A DNA stretch of 64,000 nt, taken from NCBI RefSeq assembly GCF_963921235.1, contig NC_086098.1, forward strand, positions 6,076,001 through 6,140,000. Reading direction: 5' to 3'. Position numbers and translations under genes: made by a program. The notes beneath the pieces were generated by a model. The model made no database searches and was not told the DNA's origin. It worked only from the letters and a program-made list of their open reading frames with translations. Shown piece by piece: positions 11,112 to 21,811 of the stretch (its first letter is position 1; every line of letters begins with the position of its first letter). This DNA is from Mobula hypostoma. Taxonomy: Eukaryota.

Positions 11112-11710
11112 CTACGCTCTGTCCACCAGAAAAAGCAGGATCTCCCAGTGGCCGCACATTTTAATTCCACGTCCCATTCCCATCCTGATATGTCTATCCA
11201 CGGCCTCCTCTACTGTAAAGATGAAGCCACACTCAGGTTGGAGGAACAACATCTTATATTCCGTCTGGGTAGCCTCCAACCTGATGGCATTAACATTGAC
11301 TTCTCAAACTTCTGCTAATGCCCCACCTCCCCCTCGTACCCCATCCGTTATTTATTTATATACACACATTCTTTCTCTCTCTCTCCTTTTTGTCCCTCTG
11401 TCCCTCTCATTATGCCCCTTGCCCATCTTCTGGGTTTTCGTCCCCTCCCCCTTTTCCTTCTCCCTGGGCCTCCTGTCCCATAACCCTCTCATATCCCTTT
11501 TGCCAATCAACTGTCCAGCTCTTGGCTCCATCCCTCCCCCTCCTGTCTTCTCCTATCATTTCGGATCTCCCCCTCCCACTTTCAAATCACTTATTAGCTC
11601 TTCTTTCAGTTAGTCTTGACGAAGGGTCTCGGCCCGAAACGTCGACTGTACCTCTTCCTAGAGATGCTGCCTGGCTTACTGCGTTCACCAGCTACTTTTA
11701 TGTGTGTTGT
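11103..11710 (+). mobile_element. Penelope-like element 3' part (right arm of inverted pair)
   Basis: AEHLRSVHQ...LGSLQPDGINIDFSNFC* followed by the 3' UTR and hammerhead motif. Confidence 0.88.
11612..11647 (+). ncRNA. Minimal type I hammerhead ribozyme motif (C3U core variant)
   Basis: AGTC-TTGACGA-AGGGTCTCGGCCC-GAAAC-GTC-GACT, with stem I AGTC/GACT, stem II GGG/CCC and palindromic ACGT stem III. Confidence 0.7.
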
Positions 11711-12950
11711 TTCCATGGGCTCTTATCTTGTTAAGCAGCCTCATGTGTGGTACCTTGTCAAAGGCCTTCGGAAAATCCAAATATACAACATCCACTGCAT
11801 CTCCCTTGTCTAGCCTACTGGTAATTTCCTCATAAAATTGCAATAGGTTTGTCAGGCAGGAGGTTCCTTTAAGGAAACCATGCTGAGTTTTGCCTGTCTC
11901 GTCATATGCCACCAGGTACTCGTAACCTCATCCTTGACAATCGACTCCAACAACTTCCCAACCACTGATGTCAAGCTAACAGGTCTATAATTTCCTCTTT
12001 GCTTCTTTGCCCCCTTATTAAAAAGCTGAGTGACATTTGCAATCTTCCAGTCCTCCGGAACCATACCAGAATCTATTGACTTTTGAAAGATCATTGCTAA
12101 TGCAGGATAGATTAGAGGGCTCATCTAGGGAGGCTATTTGGGTGGAATTGAGGAATGGGAAAGGTGCAGTAACTCTTCTGGGGGTGTATTATATACCGCC
12201 GAATGCGGAGTGAGAATTGGAGGAGCAAATTTGTAAGGAGATAGCAGATATTAGTAGTAGGCACAAGGTTGTGATTGTGGACGATATTAATTTTCCACAC
12301 ATAGACTGGGAAGCCCATACTATAAAAGGGCTGGATGGTTTGGAGTTTGCAAAATGTGTGCAAGATAGCTTTTTTGCAGCAATACATAGAGGTACCAATG
12401 ACAGAAGGGGCAGTGTTGGATCTCCTGTTAGGGAATGAGATAGGTCAGGTGAGGAGGTTTGTGTTGGGGAACACTTCAGGTCCAGTGATCACAATGCTAT
12501 AAGCTTCAATATAATTATGAAGAAGGATAAATCTGGACCCAGGGTTGAGATTTTTGATTGGAGAAATGCTAACTTTGAGGAGATGTGAAAAGATTTAGAA
12601 GGAGTGGATTAGGACAATTTGTTTTATGGGAAGGATGTAACAGAGAAATGGAGGTCATTTAAAGGTGAAATTTTGAGAGTACAGAATCTTTATGTTCCTG
12701 TTAGGTTGAAAGGAAAGGTTAAAAGTTTGAGAGAGCCATGGTTTTCAAGGGATATTGGAAACTTGGTTCGGTAAAAAAGAGAAATCTACAATAAATATAG
12801 ACAGCATAGAGTGAATGAGGTGCTCGAGGAATATAAAGAATGTAAAAAGAATCTTAAGAAAGAAATTAGAAAAGCTAAAAGAAGATATAAAGTTGCTTTG
12901 GCAAGTAAGGTGAAAATAAATCTCAAGGGTTTCTACCGTTATATAAATAG

Positions 12951-13268
12951 TGGGCACGTGTTCAAATGGTTAAGGCATTGGACTAGCTACCTGAAGGTCG
13001 TGAGTTCGAGCCCCAGCCGAGGAAACGTGTTGTGTCCTTGAGCAAGGCACTTAATCACACATTGCTCTGCGACGACACTGGTGCCAAGCCGTATGTGTCC
13101 TAATGCCCTTCCCTTGGACAACATCGTTGGCGTGTAGAGGGGAGACTTGCAGCATGGGCAACTGCTGGTCTTCCATACAACCTTGCCCAGGCCTGCGCCC
13201 TGGAGAGTGAAGACTTTCCAGGCGCAGATCCATGGTCTCACAAGACTAATGGATGCCTTTATTTATTT
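12951..13268 (+). mobile_element. Full-length tRNA-derived SINE inserted in CR1 ORF2
   Basis: B box GAGTTCGAGCC, CORE-like tgtgtccttgagcaaggcacttaa, TTTA tail and TSD tataaata(g/a) at 12942-12950/13269-13277. Confidence 0.85.
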
Positions 13269-14586
13269 TATAAATAACAAAAGGATAGCGAGGGATAAAA
13301 TTGTTCCCTTAGAGATTAGAGTGCAGCCAAATGAGTTGGGGGAGATTCTTAACAATTTTGTTTCTTTGGTATTCACTAAGGAGAAGGATATCGAATTGTG
13401 TAAGAGAAGAGAAATGGGTAGGGATGTTATAGAAACTATGATGATTAAAGAAGAAGTAGTACTGGAGCTTTTAAGGAATATAAAAGTGGATAAGTCTCCG
13501 AGTCCTGACAGAATATTCCCTAGGACCTTGAGGGAAGTTATTAAGGAAATAGCAGGGGCTCTGACAGAAATATTTCAAATGTCATTAGAAACGGGGATGG
13601 TGCCTGAGGATTGGCGTATTGCTGATGTTGTTCCATTGTTTAAAAAGGGTTCTAAGAGTAAACCTAGCAATTATCGGCCTGTGAGTTTGACGTCAGTGGT
13701 GGGTAAATTGATGGAAAGTATTCTTAAAAATGGTATATATAATTATCTAGATAGACAGGGTCTGATTAGGAACAGTCAACATGGATTTGTGTGTGGAAGG
13801 TCATGTTTGACAAATCTTACTGAATTTTTTGAAGAGGTTACTGGGAATATTGATGAGCGTAAAGTGGTGGAAGTTGTCTATATGGACTTCAGTATGGCCT
13901 TTAACAAGGTCCCACACGGAAGCTTGGTTAGGAAGGTTGAATCGTTAGGCATTAATATCGAAGTAGTAAAATGGATTCAGCAGTGGCTAGATAGGAGACG
14001 CTAGAGAGTAGTGGTGGAAAACTGTTTCTCAGACTGGAGGCCGGTGACTAGTGGTGTGCCTTAGGGATCTGTACTGGATCCAATGTTGTTTGTCATATAC
14101 ATTAATGATCTGGATGATGGGGGGGTAAATTGGATGAATAAGTATGCAGATGATACTAAGATAGGTGGAGTTGTGGATAATGAAGTAGGTTTTCAAAGCT
14201 TGCAGAGAGATTTAGGCCGGTTAGAAGAGTGGGCTGAAAGGTGGCAGATGGAGTTTAATGCTGATAAATGTGAGGTGCTACATTTTGGTAGGACTAATCA
14301 AAATAGGACATATATGGTAAATGATAGGGCATTGAAGAATGCAGTAGAACAGAGGGATCTAGGAATAGTGGTGCCTAGTCCCCTGAAGATGGAATCTCAT
14401 GTGGATAGGGTGGTGAAGAAAGCTTTTGGTATGCTGGCCTTTATAAATCAGAGCATTGAGTATAGGAGTTGGGATGTAATGTTGAAATTGTACAAGGCAT
14501 TTGTGATGAGGCCAAATTTGGAGTATTGTGTACAGTTTTCATCACCAAATTATAGGAAAGATTTCAACAAAGTAGAGAGAGTACAG

Positions 14587-14720
14587 CAAACAACAGGAAT
14601 TCTGCAGATGCTGGAAATTCAAGCAACACACATAAAAGTTGCTGGTGAACGCAGCAGGCCAGGCAGCATCTCTAGGAAGAGGTGCAGTCAACGTTTCAGG
14701 CCGAGACCCTTTGTCAGGAC
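14587..14720 (-). mobile_element. 134-bp PLE terminal insert beginning at the hammerhead
   Basis: Perfect 14-bp TSD TAGAGAGAGTACAG at 14573-14586/14721-14734. Matches the 3' end of the 11103-11710 copy. Confidence 0.88.
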
Positions 14721-15764
14721 TAGAGAGAGTACAGAGAAGGTTTACTAGAATGTTACCTGGGTTTCATCACCTAAGTTACAGATAAAGGTTGAACAAGTTG
14801 GGTCTTTATTCTTTGGAGTGTAGAAGGTTGAGAGGGGACTTGATAGAGGTATTTAAGATTATGAGGAGGATAGATAGAGTTGACGTGTATAGGCTTTTTC
14901 CATTGAGAATGGTGGAGATTCAAACAAAAGGACATGAGTTGAGAGTTAAAGGGCAAAAGTTTAGGGGTAACATGAGGGGGAACTTCTTTACTCAGAGAGT
15001 GGTAGCTGTGTGGAACGAGCTTCCAGCAGAAGTGGTTGAGGCAGGTTCGATGTTGTCATTTAAAGTTAAACTGGACAGCTACATGGACAGGAAAGGAATG
15101 GAGGGTTATGGGCTGAGTGCAGGTCAGTGGGACTAGGTGAGAGTAAGAGTTCGGCATGGACTAGAAGGGCCGAGATGGCTTGTTTCCGTGCTGTAATTGT
15201 TATATGGTTAACATATGGTTATATGCCTCTGCAATCTCCACAGCTACCTCCTTCAGAACACGAGGGTGCATTCCATCTGGTCCAGGAGATTTATCTACCC
15301 TTAGTTTATTCAGCTTCCTAAGTACTTTCTCTGTCGTAATTGTGACTGCACACACTTCTCTTCCCTGACACCCTTGAGTGTCCGGTATACTGCTGATGTC
15401 TTCCTCAGTGAAGATTGATGCAAAATACTCGTTCAGTTCCTCCGCCATCTCCTTATCTCCCATTACAACTTATCCAGCATCATTTTCTATCGGTCCTATA
15501 TCCACTCTCACCTGTCTTTTACTCTTTATGTACTTGAAAAAGCTTTTAGTATCCTCTTTGATATTATTTGCTAGCTTCCTTTCATAGTTCACCTTTTCCC
15601 TCTTGATGACCTTCTTAGTTTCCTTTTGTAAGGTTTTAAAAACTTCCCAATCCTCTGTCTTCCCACTAATTTTTGCTTCCTTGTATGCCCTCTCCTTTGC
15701 TTTAACTTTGGCTTTGACTTCTCTTGTCAGCCACGGTTGCATCCTTTCTCCATTCGAAAATAGT

Positions 15765-16215
15765 CAGTGGTGGAGGCAGATACACTAGTGAAGATTAAGA
15801 GACTACTAGACAGGTATATGGAGGAATTTAAGGTGGGGGTGTGGTGACCCACTTTCTGGCACCCACGAACCGGCTCACGAAACAGCGCGCGCAGGCAGAG
15901 GGCCGGCAGCAAAAAGGGCGCCAGGCCATCTTCACCAGCAGGGGGAAAATCCCGCGCGCAGAAAGGGTCTGGGAATATGCATTCCCCACAGTAGTCCCGC
16001 CCAGGGAGGGCGGGAACGGGAAGGCTTTAAAGCGGGCCGCGAAGTTTAAATAAATCTCTTTCATCGCAACTCTAACTCACCGACTCCGTGTGGGTATTCT
16101 AGCGCTGTGTGTAGCACATCGCTACAGGAGGTTATATGGGAGGCAGGGTTTGAGGGTCAGCACAACATTGTGGGCCGAAGGGCCTGTACTGTGCTGTACT
16201 ATTTTATGTTCTATA
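15765..16215 (+). mobile_element. CR1 3' end interrupted by a solo LTR
   Basis: gtggtggaggcagataca...gggccgaagggcctgtactgtgctgtactattttatgttctat. Confidence 0.7.
15840..16126 (+). mobile_element. CpG-rich solo LTR
   Basis: TGTGGTGA...TCGCTACA termini, TTTAAA box, AATAAA and TSD gggg/ggag. The host CR1 resumes after it. Confidence 0.8.
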
Positions 16216-17169
16216 TATATCTTAATGGCCTAATTCTGCTTCTATGTCTTATGGTGTTATCTATTAATCACATCTATTGATCATGCCTATTGATCACATG
16301 CAGTCAAGCAATAAATAAACATTTGACCCATTGTGGTGGTTTTAGAACACACTGTTCATTAATTATTCATTTGTTCATTCATTTAACTAAGATAATATTA
16401 ATCTCTAATGCCATTAATTCACTTTTTGCTCTAATTATAATTGCTTACATCTCTCAATTCAGTGAATTTGCAGTTAATCTCTCCCTCAAAATTATTTAAG
16501 ATCCGAAGAAATAAAGTTGTAATCATTTATTAATTCTGGGAGCAGCAAACGTTGCTTATTAGGTAATTAAGTTTTCATTGTCTGTAGTCAAATTCCTCAT
16601 ACTGTCTCCTTCCTCACCTTAGATTTTTACTAGTTTTGGGCAAAATAATTGTTCATTAGAGACTGGAAATAACGAGATAATTTTCTATTATTAAATATGA
16701 AAGTGCATTGAAGTTGTCATTTCAATGAATACAAAACAAAACAACACACTTCACTGAGAAATAAATTTGCGAAATATGAATCCATCCTTCAATGACAGCA
16801 TTGACTCATTGTGATCGTTGAAAGCTGTATAAATAGACACTAAATAGACCAATTTCCTGTCCTGACATTAATGAAAACTCTAAACCTTTTCATATTTTTA
16901 ATTAGTCTTGCTGAGCAGCTGGATGTAGTTCAGAAGCTACCATCTGAGTGAAGATGACTGATTTAATTGATTTGTATCAGAACACTATTGGTAAAGGAGA
17001 GGACCAGGTGGACATTAAGACATTGCGCCATGATAAAGCATAAAGTCAGATTATAGCTGGGTAATATGAAATTTATCCCAGAGCCATACACGCCTCAGTT
17101 AGGGTTAGTGAGTTGTAGGCATGTGATGTTGACATTGGAAGAATGGTGACTCTTGAAGGCTGCCCCCAG

Positions 17170-17560
17170 CACATAGAGTCATGGAGAAGTACAGCACAGA
17201 AACAGGCCCTTTGGCCATCTAGACCGTGCCAAAACTATTTAAGTTGCCTACTCTCATTGATCTGCACAGGCACCATAGCTCTCCATAACCCGACTATCCA
17301 TGTACCTCTCCAAACTTTGCTTAAATGTTGAAATCGAGCTCACATGTATCACTTTCACTGGCAGCTTGTTCCATGCACTCACGGCCCTCTGAGTGCTGAA
17401 GTTTCCCCTTAAACTTCTCACTTTTCACCCTTAACCCATGACCTCTGGTTGTAGTCACACAGAACCTCAGTGGAAAATGCCTGCTTGTATTGACCCTATC
17501 TATACCCCTCATAATTTCATATACCTCTGTCAAATCTTCTCTCAATATTCTCTGTTCTAA
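17170..17560 (-). mobile_element. CR1 3' end
   Basis: REDLTEVYEIMRGIDRV...TRGHGL. Confidence 0.75.
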
Positions 17561-17640
17561 AAAGAAGTTCTAACTGAAGCATTTCACGGTATCTTTTAAT
17601 GTGTCAATGTGCATACATGTAACAAAATAAAGCTCATCTT

Positions 17641-17862
17641 TAATCTGTGGAATTCTCTGCCACAGGAAACAGTTGAGGCCAGTTCATTGGCTATATTTAA
17701 GAGGGAGTTAGATAAGGCCCTTGTGGCTAAAGGGATCAGGGGTATGGAGGGGAGGCTGGTACAGGGTTCTGAGTTGGATGATCAGCCATGATCATACTTA
17801 ATGACGGTGCAGGCTCGAAGGGCCGAATGGCCTACTCCTGCATCTATTTTCTATGTTTCTAT
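17641..17862 (+). mobile_element. Young CR1 extreme 3' end with a (CTATGTTT)n tail
   Basis: NLWNSLPQETVEASSL. Near-identical to 27900-28130 and 51324-51548. Confidence 0.85.
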
Positions 17863-17869
17863 CTTCAGT

Positions 17870-18255
17870 GTGCTCATTTTAGGGTGGCGGGATGGAGACA
17901 CACCTCTACCAAAGGAGATGTAAGGTGTTTCTTCTCTCTGCTAGCCTGCAGGTCACCCTTGGGCAAGGTGTAACACCTGCTTAGCCCCACCGATCAGGGT
18001 CATGTGAAACCATAGGAGCAGCTGATGGATGGTCATATAAGCAATTAGTGCAGATCACAAGTCCTGGTTATGTGACCACTGACACCAGGCAGACAATTTC
18101 TGAACAGTATTGATAATGATTGGGTTCACCCACCTTGTACTGATATTGTCCAGAAGGAGGCAATGACAAACCACTTCTGTAGAAAAATTTGCCAAGACCA
18201 ATCATGGTGAAACCATGATCACCCACATCGTATGACATGACACATAATGATGATG
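17870..18255 (+). mobile_element. RTE-related non-autonomous element
   Basis: BovB/Sauria-like 3' motif gaaggaggcaatgacaaaccactt and a (TGA)n tail. A second copy lies at 55815-56043 on the minus strand. Confidence 0.55.
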
Positions 18256-19509
18256 TGCTAATTTCAAGAACGTCATTGAAGGGATTTGAATGAAATTGTA
18301 CAAAGGTATTTGTGTGTGGTGGCAGATGAATTCTTAAAAATATAGACTGATAAACGTATGGGTTCCATGCTTTGAGGCAATTATCTGTTCTTTTACACCG
18401 AGACATTTATTCTCAGAGTGGTGGGGGCCTGGAATGTGCTGCCTGGGCCAGTGGTAGAGGCAGATACAGGAGAGATTTTAAGAGGCATTTAGACAGGGAC
18501 ATAAATGTGAGCAAAATGAAAGGATATGGACATTGGGTAGGCAGAAGACAGTAGTTTGATTTGATTATTCATTTAATTGGTTCAGCACAATATTGTAGGC
18601 CGAGGGGCCTGTCCCTGATCTGTAGAGCTCTACGTTCCAACCATAACGTTTTCTTGGCGAATGTCGTGAGTTATCAGGTTAGGATTCTTTAATTCCTGTA
18701 ATCTACTAAAATAGTTAGAGAAATAATAATTTCCCTTTGCTTATTATATGACTGTGTCTTTAAAGAGTCTTATACTTGAAGTTTGTAAAAAAAAGTGTAT
18801 CTATAGATTTTTTAACAATCCTAAAACACCTTTGGAATTACATCTTAATGAAATCCCAAAGATCCATAAATCACATCACTTTCCTATGAACCAGAACATA
18901 TGTAGCAGCTTAATGAGTAAGCAGTTCGTTACAAAAGGGAGTCATTAAACTTCAAAAATACCTTTATGGATAAAAACAAGACCGGGTATTTCTCGTTACT
19001 CTTACTTTCATTAGTTTGGAATTTAATAATTAATGATTTATTATTTGTGAACCAATGCCTTACACCTGCAATTTATTTTTAAATTGAAAGCATAAATGTT
19101 TTTGTTTTAATCTGGAGATAAATGGAATTACGAGCAACAAGTCGGCCATTTGCTGGGAATGCAATAACTTGGAGGAATGCATTCGCCATGCAGGTGGAGC
19201 TGAGGCTCCCGGATCTTTCACAGCTTAAGAAAAGAGGATTATGTCTTCTTCGGCTGCCTATTCCCTCCATAGATGCTGCTTGAGTTCCTTCAGAATTTTG
19301 TGTGTAATCCTCTGGTTTGCCAGCATCTGCAGAACCTCTTGCGTTTATGAAAGAAAATTGTGTGATTTTAAATTTCAAGAGTGTTTAATGCCATTTCCTG
19401 TACACAAGTGTAGAGGAGAACAAAATAGTTGTTATTCTGAGTTCAATGCAGCACAAAAAACATGAGTTAAAGAATTAAATAATATTGATAAAAAGCACAA
19501 TAAGTATCA

Positions 19510-19670
19510 ACAAGAGGAAGTCTGCAAATGCTGGAATCCAGAGCAACACACGCAGAATGCTGGGAGGAACTCAGCAGGTTAGGCAGCATCTATGGAAATA
19601 AATAAACAGTTGACGTTTCAGGTGGAGGGCCTTCTTCACGATTGGAAAAGAAGGGATAAGATACCAGAAT
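19510..19670 (-). mobile_element. PLE terminal fragment with degenerate hammerhead
   Basis: gtctgcaaatgctgga...gcagcatctatgg...gttgacgtttcagg. Confidence 0.65.
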
Positions 19671-20094
19671 AGGGCAGCAGGAGTCACAGAGGGAGAGCAG
19701 TGAGAGAGGATCTCACAGAACTCCCATCGAAGAGAAGATTTAAACTTCTTCAGGGTAGGCAACCCTCGAAGAGACTTTGCAGTAGAGCAGCAAATCATAA
19801 ACACAAGAAATACATAAGATAGCTTATATCCATAGATTGATTGTATGCCCATAAAGTGACTGACACTAGACACAGGAATGTCTGTTAGAGACACAGTATT
19901 TGTTACCTCACATTTTTGTGATGGTCGCATTATAAAGCTGAATAACATGATCAAAGTTCAAATTAAATCTATTATCAAAATACATATCTGTCACCAAATG
20001 CTACCTTTCCCATCAATTGTTCGTAGGAGAACCATTATTAAGAGAACTATATTGTGTATCTCTCTCTCTACATTCACTCAGTGGTCACTGAGGC

Positions 20095-21248
20095 AATTTC
20101 CCTGAAGTTCATTGTCAGACGGATACATCCCTGTGACAATTATTTAATTACATTAAGTGCATTAGACATGTCAAAATCAACTTGATATTCTGCAATTATC
20201 TGCTGTAAGCACTTGTTGAACTGTAACATTGTCACAGACAGCAGAAAACCACTTCAAAAGGCATCATTATATTTAAGATTAAAAAAAAGTAACACATCCT
20301 TTTGAAGCTGCTTTCCACCACTGATCCCTAAGTGAATTCTGTGTTTTCACGCATAGTGAATTAGAAGCCTTTTACCAAATGGAGTAGCATCAAGAGTACA
20401 GTTAACTCATACGCACAGTGACCACTTATCAGGACACCTGTACACTTGCTCGTTAAAGCAAATATCTAATCTATCAATCATATGGTAGTAACTTAATGCA
20501 TAAAAGTATGCAGACATGGTCAAGAGGTTCAGACCAAACATCCGAATGGGGAAGAAATGTGATCTAAGTGACTTTGACTGTGGAATGATTGTTGGTGCCA
20601 GATGGGGTGGTTTGAGTATCTCAGAAACTGCTGATCTCCTGGGATTTTCACACATGACAGTCTCTGGAGTTTACAGATAACAGTGCGAAAAACAAAAAAA
20701 CATCCAGTGAGTGGCAGTTCTTTGGATGAAAACTCGTTGTTAATGAGAGAGGTTAGAGGAGAACGGCCAGACTGGTTCACACTGACACAGAGGTTACAGT
20801 AATCCACATACCCATGAGTTACAACAGTGGTGTGCAGAAGAACATCTCTGAATGCACAACACATCAAACCTAGAAGTGGATGCTCTACTGCAGCAAAAGA
20901 CCACACAGGGTTCCACTCCTGTATCTAATGAAATGCCCATTGAGTGTAATTTCTCTAAAGCTGATTGTCACAGAATACATCACTATGACAAATATTTAAA
21001 GAATTCAAAGGATTCAAAATAGGTTTATCATCAAAGTTTGTGTAAGTTATACAACCTTGAGATTTGTCAGCTCAAGGTTGTATAATTTATATGTGCTTTG
21101 ATAATTACATTAAGTGCATGTCAAAATCAACTTGCTAGTTAGCAATTATCTACTGTAAGCACTTTTTGAACTGTAACATTGTCAGAAACATCATTGAGCC
21201 ACTTCAAAGAGCATCAATACTGATGATTTTAAAAGGTAACAAACTCCA
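20095..21248. repeat. Local direct duplication of an ~200-bp segment (20095-20300 and 20950-21248)
   Basis: Shared blocks ttacattaagtgca, tgtcaaaatcaacttg, gcaattatct.ctgtaagcactt.ttgaactgtaacattgtca and ccacttcaaa. Confidence 0.8.
20412..20946 (+). mobile_element. Tc1/mariner non-autonomous element
   Basis: Degenerate TIRs flanked by TA, and a transposase N-terminal HTH remnant MGKKCDLSDFDCGMIVGARWGGLSISETADLLGFS. Confidence 0.8.
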
Positions 21249-21322
21249 TTGCAACATACACAAAACGCTGGAGGAACTCAGCAAGTCAGGCAGCATCTAT
21301 GGAAATGAACAAGCAGTCGATG

Positions 21323-21800
21323 AATAAACTATTCTCAGGCTTCCAGCCGGGTACGGGTGTCAATTTTAACCTATATTTTGATGAAAAGCTCCATGCCACC
21401 ATCATGAGGGATGATGCCTGGACATATCTAGTCCAGTGGTATTTTTACCCTGTAGTCCATCCCTCCTGACTGGTTAGTCCTCATCTAATTGAGTTTCTGC
21501 TGTTCCGTCTTGCTTACAATCAAATTCCAGTTCTTACTTAAAGTGAGACCCTCTTCTTTGTTAAAATTCTTTTTCTCTAAAATTATTTCAATGACTTCAT
21601 TCACCAGCAGGTCCCAAAGCCACTGGCATGGCACAGTAGTTTTGTACCGTGGAAGTCAATCCTGTATCATTACGAATACAATGTTCTGCTACCACTGATT
21701 TCTCCGGGTAACCCAAAAGGATAGACCTCCTGTGCTCCTTGATGCAGGTTTCCACCATGCATCCCATCTGGTTGTTATACGCTACTCTGCCTTCACAGGG
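21323..21800 (-). mobile_element. PLE of a second family, GIY-YIG C-terminal fragment
   Basis: Minus-strand translation ETCIKEHRR...EKSVVAEHC...EVIEIILEKKNFNKEEG. Confidence 0.65.
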
Positions 21801-21811
21801 AATCCTGTAAG

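Larger units (their letters stand above)
12104..15222 (+). mobile_element. Long CR1 LINE (endonuclease domain to 3' tail), disrupted
   Basis: AIWVELRN, DINFPHIDW, NYRPVSLTS, YMDFS, YADDTK and FFTQRVV motifs, a (TTATATGG) tail and ATGC TSD at 12100-12103/15223-15226. Confidence 0.92.
11711..15760 (-). mobile_element. CR1 ORF2 internal fragment (11711-12103 and 15223-15760) split by another CR1
   Basis: Highly similar to 49425-50350, with NYRPVSLTSVVGK and VYLDF.KAFDKVPH motifs. Confidence 0.88.

Noticed and set aside
13147..14004. 285-aa ORF as a novel fusion gene (also 6630-7193 and 14083-14748)
   Set aside because: Accidental in-frame read-through across nested TE junctions.
21105..21185. 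mir-17/106 precursor on the minus strand
   Set aside because: The match stops after 15 nt and I see no proper star arm.
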